This document shows positions 1 through 8,793 of a stretch of 64,000 nucleotides of DNA, one piece after another. The translations under genes and the position numbers were made by a program. The stretch lies in NCBI GenBank assembly GCA_036645575.1, contig JAVXNW010000001.1:11896-75895 (forward strand). The letters run 5' to 3'. Under the pieces are notes generated by a model. The model was not told the origin of the DNA and did not search any database. It saw only the letters and a program-made list of their open reading frames with translations. How positions within the stretch are numbered: the first letter of the stretch is position 1; every line of letters starts with the position of its first letter. Source of the stretch: Clostridia bacterium (lineage in GTDB: Bacteria; Bacillota; Clostridia; Christensenellales; Aristaeellaceae).

Positions 1-1
1 T

Positions 2-316
2 GCCTGCTTTGAAAAGCATCCGCGCATCCGCGTGGTCTCGATTGACGAGGGGTTCTTGGGCAACGCGAGCCTGTTCAAATACGCGCGCGACCTGGGCAAT
101 CCGCGCGGCGACATGTACGAGATCGGCCTGTGGTCAGACAGCATTGTGGAATCGGGCAACGACATCATGTTCGCCATCAACATCCCGCAGGAGTCGGTCA
201 CGATCCCCGAGACGATGGACGCCATTCGCGCGGCGACCAAGATGCAGTTGACCCGCGAGACCGGCACCGCCGAGACCAACAAGTATCTGGGCATCGGAAA
301 ATTTAAAAAGCACTGA
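2..316 (+). CDS. type II (archaeal-type) glyceraldehyde-3-phosphate dehydrogenase, C-terminal fragment; 5' end lies outside the window
   Basis: The frame of the 32..316 ORF stays open back to nt 2. The C-terminus ...FKYARDLGNPRGDMYEIGLWSDSIVESGNDIMFAINIPQESVTIPETMDAIRA resembles remembered archaeal type II GAPDH C-termini (e.g. ELGRSRNDLFEIPVWRESI...AVHQESDIVPENVDAVRA). It lies directly upstream of pgk. Confidence 0.6.
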   Translation, partial: ACFEKHPRIRVVSIDEGFLGNASLFKYARDLGNPRGDMYEIGLWSDSIVESGNDIMFAINIPQESVTIPETMDAIRAATKMQLTRETGTAETNKYLGIGKFKKH

Positions 317-379
317 CACCATTGCGGGGTTCGGAGCGTCATTGCCCTCCGAACCCCGCGTCCCGGAAGGAGGACGACC

Positions 380-1654
380 ATGCGCTTTGGCATCCATACA
401 CTGGACGATTTTGACGTGCGCGGCAAGACCGTGCTCTGCCGGATCGACATAAACCAACCGGTGGATCGCGCGACGGGCACGCTCAAGAGCATTGCGCGCA
501 TCGAGGCGTGCGTGCCGACGCTCAAAGAGCTGTCGGAAAAGGGCGCGCGGCTGGTGCTGCTGGCTCATCAGGGCAGCGACATCGAATACAAGAACTTCTA
601 CACGACCGAGCCGCACGCGCGCGTGCTGACCGCGCTCCTGGGCAAGGCGGTGCGATTTGTCGAGGACGTGTGCGGCCCGACCGCGCGGCAGGCGATCGCG
701 GAACTTCGCCCGGGCGAGATCCTGCTGCTAGACAACGTGCGCTTTTGTTCGGAGGAGCAGACGCTCTTTGAAATGAAGCTGCAACTGACCCACGCGCAGC
801 AGGCTCAGACGCAGCTGGTCAAGAAGCTTGCGCCGCTGGGGGATCTGTACGTGTGCGACGCGTTTGCCGCCGCGCACCGCGACCAGCCCACGCTGTGCGG
901 GTTTGAACAGGTGTTGCCAAGCGCGATGGGGCGGCTGTTTGAGAAGGAATACTGCGTGATTTCCGAACTCATGGAAAAGCCCGAGCACCCGTGCGTGTTC
1001 GTGCTGGGCGGCGCGAAGGTGTCGGACGCGTTTTTGATGATGGAAAGCGTGCTCAAGGCGGGCGCGGCCGATACGGTGCTGACGGGCGGACTGGTCGCGA
1101 ACATCCTGCTTGCGGCAAAGGGCGAGCAGATCGGGCGCGGCAGCCGCGCGTTCATCGAAAAGGCGGGCTATGCGGATTTTATCGAGCAGGTAAAGCCGGT
1201 GCTTGCGCGGTATCCGGGCAAGATCATGACGCCGAGCAGCCTTGCGTATGTCGAAAACGGCGTGCGGCGCGAGGCGGCGCTGGGCGCGCTTCCCGAGGAC
1301 GCGTGCGCGCTCGACATCGGGGAGGACGCCGCCAAGGCCTACGCGGCGGTCATCCTAGGCGCAAAGACCGTCTTTGTCAACGGCCCGATGGGCGTCTTTG
1401 AGGAGCCGGAAAGCGAATTGGGCACGAAGATCGTCTGGGATGCGCTGGGGGAGAGCCAAGCCTACACCGTGGTCGGCGGCGGCGACAGCGTGACCGCGAC
1501 GAACAAATACCAAAAGGAAGACAAGATCGGCTACATCTGCACAGGCGGCGGCGCGCTGATCCGCTTTTTGACCGGCGAGGACATGCCGGTTGTGCGGGCG
1601 CTTCGCCATGCGGCGATCGCCTTCCCGGCAAAAGGAGAAGAAGATGCGCCTTGA
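380..1654 (+). CDS. pgk: phosphoglycerate kinase, archaeal-type
   Basis: 424-aa ORF with RBS GGAAGGAGG upstream of ATG 380. N-terminus GKTVLCRIDINQPVD, the LLAHQG motif and VGGGDS / CTGGGA nucleotide-binding motifs are present. Length and motifs look like archaeal rather than typical bacterial PGK. Confidence 0.9.
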   Translation: MRFGIHTLDDFDVRGKTVLCRIDINQPVDRATGTLKSIARIEACVPTLKELSEKGARLVLLAHQGSDIEYKNFYTTEPHARVLTALLGKAVRFVEDVCGPTARQAIAELRPGEILLLDNVRFCSEEQTLFEMKLQLTHAQQAQTQLVKKLAPLGDLYVCDAFAAAHRDQPTLCGFEQVLPSAMGRLFEKEYCVISELMEKPEHPCVFVLGGAKVSDAFLMMESVLKAGAADTVLTGGLVANILLAAKGEQIGRGSRAFIEKAGYADFIEQVKPVLARYPGKIMTPSSLAYVENGVRREAALGALPEDACALDIGEDAAKAYAAVILGAKTVFVNGPMGVFEEPESELGTKIVWDALGESQAYTVVGGGDSVTATNKYQKEDKIGYICTGGGALIRFLTGEDMPVVRALRHAAIAFPAKGEEDAP

Positions 1655-2894
1655 ATTTGGATTCGGAACCGGCACGCAGGTGGTGAACGCGCCCGACAAA
1701 AACGTGCTGGGCGTGCTGACGCCCAACAAGGTGACGCTCGATCTGACCGGCGAAGCGGAAGTCGCGCGCGCGCTTGAAAACCCAATTGGCAAGGCGCGTC
1801 TGCGCGAAATCGTGCGGCCGGGCGAAAAAATCGCCATTGTCACAAGCGACCTCACGCGACCCATGCCGACGGCGCGCGTGCTGCCCCAAGTGATGGCGGA
1901 GCTCCATGCGGCGGGCGTTTCGGATCAAGATGTGACGCTGGTATTTGGCCTTGGCAGTCACCGACGCCAGACCGACGCCGAGCGGCAAAAGCTGGCGGGC
2001 GAAGAGATATTTCGCCGGATTCGCTGCGTCGATTCGGACCCGGAGGACTGCGTGCATCTGGGCGACACCGCGCGCGGCACCCCCATCGACATCACGCGCG
2101 TCGTGGCGGAGGCAGACGTTCGCATATGCCTTGGCAACATCGAGTATCACTACTTTGCGGGCTATTCCGGCGGCGCAAAGGCGCTGATGCCGGGCGTGTC
2201 CACCCGCGCGGCAATCCAGAAAAACCACGCGGCGATGGTGAAAAAGGAGGCCTGCGCGGGCAGACTCGAGGGCAATCCGCTGCGCGAGGACATCGAGGAG
2301 GCGGGCGCGCGCGTCGGGATCGATTTTATCCTCAACGTGGTCTTGGACGAGCACAAGGAGATCGTCCGCGCGGTCGCGGGGGACGCGGTGCAGGCGCATC
2401 GCGCGGGCTGCCAGTTTCTCGACAGTTTTTATTTAAAGGAGATCCCCGCGCGCGCCGACATCGTGCTTGTGTCGCAGGGCGGCGCGCCCAAGGACCTCAA
2501 CCTCTACCAGACGCAAAAGGCGCTCGACAACGCCAAGCACGCGGTGAAAAAGGGCGGCGTGGTGATCCTGATCGGCTCCTGCCGCGAGGGACTGGGCGAA
2601 AAGACGTTTGAGGAATGGATGACCCAATCGGAAAGCCCCGAAGGCATGATCGAGCGGATCGGGCGCGACTTCCAATTGGGCGGGCACAAGGCGGCGGCGA
2701 TCGCCATGGTGCTTCAAAACGCGGACATCTACCTCGTGAGCGACATGGACGACGAGTTTGTCAAAAGCATCTTTCTAAAGCCGTTTTCATCGGCGCAGGC
2801 GGCGCTCGATCAGGCACTTTCGGTTCTGGGGGATCAGGCAACCATTCTTTCGATGCCCTTTGGCGGTTCGACGCTGCCACGGGCACGCGGTTAG
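1644..2894 (+). CDS. LarA-like nickel-pincer-dependent 2-hydroxyacid racemase/epimerase (DUF2088 family)
   Basis: ATG 1644 is preceded by AAAGGAGAAG and overlaps the pgk stop by 11 nt. The protein aligns by eye with L. plantarum LarA: SDLTRPMP, GLGSHR, NIEYHYFAGYSGGAKALMPG, KNHA. The catalytic His residues, the NPN-tethering Lys and the Ni-binding His all appear conserved. Confidence 0.8.
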   Translation: MRLEFGFGTGTQVVNAPDKNVLGVLTPNKVTLDLTGEAEVARALENPIGKARLREIVRPGEKIAIVTSDLTRPMPTARVLPQVMAELHAAGVSDQDVTLVFGLGSHRRQTDAERQKLAGEEIFRRIRCVDSDPEDCVHLGDTARGTPIDITRVVAEADVRICLGNIEYHYFAGYSGGAKALMPGVSTRAAIQKNHAAMVKKEACAGRLEGNPLREDIEEAGARVGIDFILNVVLDEHKEIVRAVAGDAVQAHRAGCQFLDSFYLKEIPARADIVLVSQGGAPKDLNLYQTQKALDNAKHAVKKGGVVILIGSCREGLGEKTFEEWMTQSESPEGMIERIGRDFQLGGHKAAAIAMVLQNADIYLVSDMDDEFVKSIFLKPFSSAQAALDQALSVLGDQATILSMPFGGSTLPRARG

Positions 2895-2906
2895 GAGGAA
2901 GACGAC

Positions 2907-3755
2907 ATGGTATCTACCGAGGCATTGCAGGCATTGGCCTGCCGAATCCGAATCGGGGCCGTGGAGGAATTTAAGGCGCGCGGCTTTGGGCATGTGGGCG
3001 GCTCGCTCAGCATCTGCGATCTGCTGGCCGTCCTGTATGGGGACGTGATGCGCTATCGCCCCGCGCAGCCGGACTGGCCAGATCGCGACAAACTCATTTG
3101 CTCAAAGGGTCACGCGGGCCCGGCGATCTATTCCGTGCTGGGCATCGAGGGCTTTTTTGCCTATGACGACATCAAGACGCTCAACCAGCCCGGCACCAAC
3201 TTCCCGAGCCACTGCGACCGGAACAAGACGCCCGGCATCGACATGACGACGGGCTCCTTGGGGCAGGGCACATCGCTCGCGGTCGGCATGGCGATGGGCG
3301 ACCAACTGCGCGGGCGGGACAGCAAGGTGTTCCTGATCGTCGGGGACGGCGAGCTCAACGAAGGGCAGGTCTGGGAGGCGGCGATGTTCGCTTCGGCGCA
3401 CGACCTGTCCAACATGATCTGGTTTGTCGACGACAACAAGCGCCAATTGGACGGCTATTGCAAGGATGTGCTGAACCCATTTGACATTCCGAAGAAATTC
3501 GAGGCATTTGGCTTCCACACGCAGTTTATTCCCGGAAACGACGTGGACGCCATCCGAGGCGCCATTGCGAAATGCGAAGAAGCGCCGGGTCATCCGCACG
3601 CCATCATCCTGGACAGCGTCAAGGGCGCGGGCATTCAGGCGGTCGTCGACACGGTCAGCAACCACAGCATGAACGTGTCGCCCGAGACCTGCGACGGGTG
3701 GCTCAAGGAGTTGCGCGCGGAGCTTACGACACTGGAAGGGCGGTGCGGCGCATGA
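2907..3755 (+). CDS. transketolase, N-terminal (TPP-binding) subunit
   Basis: 282 aa with SKGHAGPAIY and GDGELNEGQVWEA motifs. The split-transketolase arrangement is completed by the next gene. Confidence 0.9.
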   Translation: MVSTEALQALACRIRIGAVEEFKARGFGHVGGSLSICDLLAVLYGDVMRYRPAQPDWPDRDKLICSKGHAGPAIYSVLGIEGFFAYDDIKTLNQPGTNFPSHCDRNKTPGIDMTTGSLGQGTSLAVGMAMGDQLRGRDSKVFLIVGDGELNEGQVWEAAMFASAHDLSNMIWFVDDNKRQLDGYCKDVLNPFDIPKKFEAFGFHTQFIPGNDVDAIRGAIAKCEEAPGHPHAIILDSVKGAGIQAVVDTVSNHSMNVSPETCDGWLKELRAELTTLEGRCGA

Positions 3756-4714
3756 AGATTGTATACGATGGGCAAATGGATCCCCGCGCATTCAAGGACG
3801 TGCTGGGCGCGACGATTGCGGATATTCTCGAAAAAGATCCGGACGCGATCTACCTGGACGCCGATTTGATGAGCTGCATCGGCACGGCGAAGTACGCCAA
3901 ATCGCACCCCAGCCGCGCTATCCAGTGCGGCATTGCGGAGGCCAACATGATCGGCGTGGCGTCCGGCCTTGCGGCGGTAGGCTTTAAGCCCATTGCCCAC
4001 TCGTTTGGCACCTTCGCGTCGCGCCGGTGCTTCGATCAGGCGTTTCTGTCCGCAGGCTACGCGAAAAACGACGTGACGATCATCGGAACCGACCCCGGCG
4101 TGTGCGCGACATTCAACGGCGGCACCCACATGCCCTTTGAGGACATGGCGATCTACCGCGCGCTGCCCACCGCCACCGTGCTTGACATAACCGATACCGT
4201 GATGCTTGAGAGCGTGCTGCGCGCGTGCATGAGCCGGCCGGGCGTCAAGTACCTGCGCGTCGGGCGCAAGCAGGCGGCGAAGGTATACGAAAGCGGCAGC
4301 GAAATAACGATTGGGCAGGCGATTACGCTGCGCGAGGGAAGCGATCTCACGATCATCGCGTGCGGCATCATGGTGCACGAGGCGCTGCAAGCCGCGCAGA
4401 CGCTCGAAAAAGAGGGCATCAGCGCAAGGGTGCTCGACATGTTTACCGTGAAGCCGCTTGACGAGGCGGCGCTTGTGGATGCGGCTCGCACGACCGGCAC
4501 GATCGTCACCGCCGAAAACCACAACCGCGTGGGCGGGCTGTACGCCGCCGTCGCGGAGGCACTGGCGCGGCTGTGCCCGATCCCGGTTGAATACGTGGCC
4601 GTCGAGGACGAGTTTGGCGAGGTGGGTCCGCAGGATTACCTGCAAAAGCGCTTCGGCCTGACCGCCCAGCACATCGTAGAAAAAGCGCACGCCGCGCTTG
4701 CGCGAAAGCGCTAA
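3752..4714 (+). CDS. transketolase, C-terminal (pyrimidine-binding) subunit
   Basis: Internal ATG at 3752 forms an ATGA start/stop overlap with the upstream subunit gene. The GIAEANMIGVASGLA motif is present; 320 aa. Confidence 0.9.
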   Translation: MKIVYDGQMDPRAFKDVLGATIADILEKDPDAIYLDADLMSCIGTAKYAKSHPSRAIQCGIAEANMIGVASGLAAVGFKPIAHSFGTFASRRCFDQAFLSAGYAKNDVTIIGTDPGVCATFNGGTHMPFEDMAIYRALPTATVLDITDTVMLESVLRACMSRPGVKYLRVGRKQAAKVYESGSEITIGQAITLREGSDLTIIACGIMVHEALQAAQTLEKEGISARVLDMFTVKPLDEAALVDAARTTGTIVTAENHNRVGGLYAAVAEALARLCPIPVEYVAVEDEFGEVGPQDYLQKRFGLTAQHIVEKAHAALARKR

Positions 4715-4731
4715 ACGAGCGACGATAGGCC

Positions 4732-4776
4732 ATTTGCCACCCGAACCGCGATGCGGTCAGGGTGGCAAATTGTTTT
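4732..4776 (+). terminator. rho-independent terminator after the transketolase genes
   Basis: 11-bp stem ATTTGCCACCC / GGGTGGCAAAT followed by TGTTTT. Confidence 0.6.
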
Positions 4777-4879
4777 GGGGGGAGCGCTGCGAAATGCCGC
4801 GTTGGTGACTTGATCACGTTTTGAAGGGCAGGTTATGCGGTATAATAAGCAAAACAGAGGATGCAAGGGAGAAAAAGGC

Positions 4880-6550
4880 ATGAAGATTGTGATTGTGGGC
4901 GGCGTTGCGGGGGGCGCGAGCGCGGCGGCGCGGCTTAGGCGGCTGGATGAGCAGGCGGAAATCGTGATGCTGGAGAAGGGCGCGTTCATCTCGTTTGCCA
5001 ATTGCGGACTGCCGTATTACATCGGGGGCGAGATCAAAGCGCGGGAGAGCCTGTCGCTTCAGACGCCCAAGAGCTTTCACGCGCGGTTCAATGTGGACGT
5101 GCGGGTGCGCAGCGAGGCGTTGTCGATCGACCGCGCGGGCAAAAACGTCACGGTGAAGAACCTGGCGACCGAGGAAATTTACGCCGAGGCCTACGACGTG
5201 CTGCTGCTGGCGACCGGCGCGGAGCCGGTCAACTTTGCGCCGTCCGAGCGCGTATTTACGCTGCGCAGCATCCCGGACGCGCTGCGCATCAAGGCGTTCG
5301 CCCAATCGCTTGGCGGGAAGCGCGACGCCCACGCGGCGGTGATCGGCGGCGGCGCGATTGGCATGGAGATGGCGGAAAACCTGGTGAAGGCGGGCCTTCG
5401 CGTGACGGTGGTGGAGATGGCCGATCACCTGATCGCGCCGCTCGACTTTGACATTGCGGCAGGCGTGCACAACTACGTGTCGAAGATGGGCGTGGCGCTG
5501 CGCCTTGGAAGCGGCGTCAAGTCGATTGACGAGGGCGAACGGCTGACGCTCCATCTGTCGGATGGCGATCTTGAGGCGGATATGGCCATCATGTCGGTGG
5601 GCGTGCGCCCCGATACGCGCCTTGCGCGGGAGAGCGGGCTTGCGCTGGGCGCGCGCGGCGGCATCATCGTGGATGCGCACATGCGCTCGTCCGACCAAGC
5701 GATCTACGCGGTGGGCGACGCGACCGAGGCGGTCGAATTTGTGACCGGAGGCAAGGCGATGATGCCGCTTGCGGGGCCGGCCAACAAGCAGGGACGCATC
5801 GCGGCGGACAACATCTGCGGGATTGAAAGCGCCTACGAGGGCACGCAGGGTTCCGCGATTTTGCGCGTATTTGACATGGCCATTGCCTCGACCGGCATAA
5901 ACGAGCGGGGCGCGCAGGCGGCGGGGCTTCAGTACGACGTGGTATATTTGTATCCGGGCGCGCACGCCAGTTACTATCCCGGCGCGACCAGCCTGTGGAT
6001 CAAGGTGCTGTACGAAAAGGGCACCGGGAGGCTGCTGGGCGCGCAGCTGACCGGGTTTGACGGCGTGGACAAGCGCTGCGACGTGCTGGCGACCGCCATC
6101 AGGCTGGGCGCGACGGCCGAGGACTTGACCAAGCTCGAACTGTGCTACGCGCCGCCGTTTGGCTCCGCCAAGGACCCCGTCAACATGGTGGGGTTCATGA
6201 TTCAGAACCTAGAAGCGGGGCTCGTCAAGCAGATCCACTGGGACGAGGCGCTTTCCCCGGAAAGGGATGTGCAGCGGCTGGACGTGCGCAAGCCTGACGA
6301 GGCCGCGCGCGGCATGGTGGCGGGATTTGTCAACCTGCCGCTTGACGAGCTTCGGGCGCGCATCGGCGAATTGGACCAGAATCGACCCGTCTATGTGCAC
6401 TGCCAGACCGGCCTGCGCAGCTATATCGCCTGCCGGATGCTGGCGGGACACGGCTTTGACGCGGCCAATATCGCGGGCGGCTACCAACTCTACGAGCAGG
6501 TTCAACTGGCGCGGTTATCGCAAGCGGTATATGTGACGGAAAATAAGTGA
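4880..6550 (+). CDS. CoA-disulfide reductase / NADH oxidase family flavoprotein with C-terminal rhodanese domain
   Basis: ATG 4880 follows GAGAAAAAGG. FAD motif GGVAGGASAA, redox Cys in SFANCGLPYY and second dinucleotide motif GGGAIGME are present. The C-terminal rhodanese active-site loop is VHCQTGLRS. Confidence 0.85.
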   Translation: MKIVIVGGVAGGASAAARLRRLDEQAEIVMLEKGAFISFANCGLPYYIGGEIKARESLSLQTPKSFHARFNVDVRVRSEALSIDRAGKNVTVKNLATEEIYAEAYDVLLLATGAEPVNFAPSERVFTLRSIPDALRIKAFAQSLGGKRDAHAAVIGGGAIGMEMAENLVKAGLRVTVVEMADHLIAPLDFDIAAGVHNYVSKMGVALRLGSGVKSIDEGERLTLHLSDGDLEADMAIMSVGVRPDTRLARESGLALGARGGIIVDAHMRSSDQAIYAVGDATEAVEFVTGGKAMMPLAGPANKQGRIAADNICGIESAYEGTQGSAILRVFDMAIASTGINERGAQAAGLQYDVVYLYPGAHASYYPGATSLWIKVLYEKGTGRLLGAQLTGFDGVDKRCDVLATAIRLGATAEDLTKLELCYAPPFGSAKDPVNMVGFMIQNLEAGLVKQIHWDEALSPERDVQRLDVRKPDEAARGMVAGFVNLPLDELRARIGELDQNRPVYVHCQTGLRSYIACRMLAGHGFDAANIAGGYQLYEQVQLARLSQAVYVTENK

Positions 6551-6663
6551 TCTTAACACGCAATCTGTGTGCATTTCGGGAGAATCTTGAAAACATTGCC
6601 GTGCGATGTGGTATAATGAAGCGGTATAGAATGTGCACAAGACGATTTAATCGGAGGCAGCGG

Positions 6664-7860
6664 ATGCGTGTAAGCAGGATTGGATTTATCGATGCCGTCT
6701 CGTTCGCCCTTGATTATCTGGAAATTGGGATGCATCAGAACATCACCAATCACAACCGGCGTGTGGCGCTGATTGCGATCAATATGGGGAAATTGCTGGG
6801 GCTTACCGCGGATGAATTGACCGATTTGTACGAATACGCGGTGCTCCATGACAACGGCGTGACCACAAAGGCCTATATCGTCATGGCCGAGATGGGGCGC
6901 GACAAGCTGGAGGATGGGCAATCTCACTGCGTGGTCGGGCAGAAGAACATCGAGCACTTTCCGTTTTTCGCGCAACATGGCGAGGTGATTCGCTATCACC
7001 ACGAGGCCTACGACGGCAGCGGATTTTTCGGCCTCGTGGGCGAGCAGATTCCGCTGTTTTCGCAGATCATCGCGCTGGCGGACGTCGCGGAGATCGCCTA
7101 TCGTAAGACCGGGAGCCGGAAGCAGACGATCGCCAAGATACGTGGCGGCATCGGCAGCCAGTATGCGCAGCGGATCGGCGCGGCCTTTTTGTCGGCCGCG
7201 ACGCACTCGGCGCTGTGGCTGGGGATGGGCGATATGTTTGTCTCGGCGGAGCTTGTGCGCACGATTCCGGGCAGCGCCTGCACGATCGACACGCCGGAAC
7301 TGATCAAGATCGCGCGGGCGATCGCCGCGATTGTCGATGCAAAGTCGCCCTTTACCGGAACCCACACGCAGGGCATTGCGGAAAAGATCGGCGTGATGTC
7401 GGATGTGTACGCCTTTGACGCCGAGCACCGGGACAAGCTGACGCTGGCGGCGTACCTGCACGACGTCGGGAAATTGGTGGTGCCGGACACGATTCTGGAT
7501 AAGCCGGGGAAGCTGACCGAAGATGAGTTTGAGATCATCAAGGCGCACGCGTATTACACCAAGATGATGCTCTTTTCCGTGCCGGGCTTTGAGGAGATTG
7601 CGCGCTGGGCGGGCGAGCACCACGAAAAACTCAACGGAACCGGCTATCCATACGGCCTTGGCCAAAAGGATTTGGACTTTGAATCGCAGATGATGGCCTG
7701 CGTGGACATCTATCAGGCGCTCACGGAAGACCGACCCTACCGCGCCGCGCTCAGCCACGAGGACGCCATCATGATCTTAAGCGGCATGGCAAAGCGGGGA
7801 GAGGTCAACGCGCAGATCGTGTTGGACATGCAGGCAGTGGGCGCGAAACTAAAAAAATGA
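6664..7860 (+). CDS. tandem HD-GYP domain protein (putative c-di-GMP phosphodiesterase), no receiver or sensor domain
   Basis: ATG 6664 follows GGAGGCAG. The first domain has LHDNG ... HHEAYDGSGFFG, where GFF replaces GYP. The second has YLHDVGK ... HHEKLNGTGYPYGL, the canonical HD-GYP form. Confidence 0.8.
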   Translation: MRVSRIGFIDAVSFALDYLEIGMHQNITNHNRRVALIAINMGKLLGLTADELTDLYEYAVLHDNGVTTKAYIVMAEMGRDKLEDGQSHCVVGQKNIEHFPFFAQHGEVIRYHHEAYDGSGFFGLVGEQIPLFSQIIALADVAEIAYRKTGSRKQTIAKIRGGIGSQYAQRIGAAFLSAATHSALWLGMGDMFVSAELVRTIPGSACTIDTPELIKIARAIAAIVDAKSPFTGTHTQGIAEKIGVMSDVYAFDAEHRDKLTLAAYLHDVGKLVVPDTILDKPGKLTEDEFEIIKAHAYYTKMMLFSVPGFEEIARWAGEHHEKLNGTGYPYGLGQKDLDFESQMMACVDIYQALTEDRPYRAALSHEDAIMILSGMAKRGEVNAQIVLDMQAVGAKLKK

Positions 7861-7970
7861 TCCTTGAAGGCGGCCCCGCTCGTCAGCGATTTCTGGCGGC
7901 GGGGTCGCCCTTTGTCCGTGACATCGTCACAGACAGGTTTGATATTTCCATATATACTAGTTGATAAATA

Positions 7971-8012
7971 GGAATAGGAATTGGAATTGGAATTGGAATT
8001 GGAATTGGAATT
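7971..8012. repeat. hexanucleotide microsatellite GGAATA(GGAATT)6
   Basis: Direct reading: GGAATA followed by six perfect GGAATT units, ~100 bp upstream of the ccdA start codon. Confidence 0.95.
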
Positions 8013-8115
8013 GGCTGCGGCGCGGGTAAAATGGGCCGCTTGGCCTATACTAAGCGCACGCGTCCATGGCGGAGGACTTGATGAACCGCGCGGCGCACAA
8101 CAAGGAGGTTCCAAG

Positions 8116-8781
8116 ATGGAATACCTCGTATCCTTTCTGGAGGGCATCGTCACGTTTATTTCACCGTGCCTCTTGCCCATGCTGCCGATCTACCTGTCGT
8201 ATTTTGCGGGTGGCGAAGGCGGCAGGCGCAGGACGCTGCGCAACGCGATCGGCTTTGTGCTGGGCTTTACGCTGGTATTTGTGACGCTGGGCGCCTTTGC
8301 CGGGACGCTGGGCATGGCGCTCAAGCGGCACCAGACGATCGTCAACCTGGTGACGGGCGGCATCGTGCTGGTTTTTGGGCTCAACTATCTGGGCGTATTC
8401 AAAATCGGATTTCTGAACGCCAGCAAAAAGGGCGCGATGAACGTCGAGAAACTCGGGTTCTGGTCGTCCATGCTGTTTGGCGTGGTGTTTTCGATTGGAT
8501 GGACGCCCTGCGTGGGCGCGTTTCTGGGTTCGGCGCTGATGCTGGCCTCGCAGCAGGGATCGGTTTTGAAGGGCATTCTGATGCTGGTCGTGTACTCGCT
8601 GGGGCTGGGCATTCCCTTTGTGTTGAGCGCGGTGCTGATTGACAAGCTGAAGGGCGCGTTTGACTTTATCAAGCGGCATTACGTCGTGATCAACCGGGTT
8701 TCGGGCGTGCTGTTGGTCGTCGTGGGTCTGATGATGATGACGGGCGCGATGGGCTACTTTCTGTCGCTACTGACGTTTTGA
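8116..8781 (+). CDS. ccdA: cytochrome c biogenesis / thiol-disulfide electron transporter CcdA (DsbD family)
   Basis: ATG 8116 follows AAGGAGG. It is a polytopic membrane protein with the conserved Cys motifs SPCLLPMLP and TPCVGAFLG. Confidence 0.85.
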   Translation: MEYLVSFLEGIVTFISPCLLPMLPIYLSYFAGGEGGRRRTLRNAIGFVLGFTLVFVTLGAFAGTLGMALKRHQTIVNLVTGGIVLVFGLNYLGVFKIGFLNASKKGAMNVEKLGFWSSMLFGVVFSIGWTPCVGAFLGSALMLASQQGSVLKGILMLVVYSLGLGIPFVLSAVLIDKLKGAFDFIKRHYVVINRVSGVLLVVVGLMMMTGAMGYFLSLLTF

Positions 8782-8793
8782 GGGGGAAATAGG

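Noticed and set aside
323-357. 13-bp stem hairpin (GCGGGGTTCGGAG / CTCCGAACCCCGC) between gap and pgk as a terminator
   Set aside because: No T-run follows it and pgk starts 23 nt later with its own RBS. It is more likely an intra-operon mRNA processing or stability structure, and there was not enough evidence to call it.
1377-2399. Long antisense or out-of-frame ORFs throughout the window, e.g. 1377..2399, 4814..5965, 6553..7758, 20439..22088, 24152..25216, 28758..30656, 34970..36217, 40294..41574 and 60110..61783
   Set aside because: These are typical high-GC shadow ORFs. They lie opposite or out of frame with genes that have clear family motifs. Their translations are Arg/Ala/Gly/His-rich with no recognisable domains or ribosome-binding sites.
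7981-8115. N-terminal extension of ccdA beginning MELELELELEL within the GGAATT repeat
   Set aside because: The track start is one of several TTG codons created by the microsatellite, with no RBS. ATG 8116 has a strong AAGGAGG and matches the usual CcdA N-terminus. The in-frame status is noted in the findings as a curiosity only.
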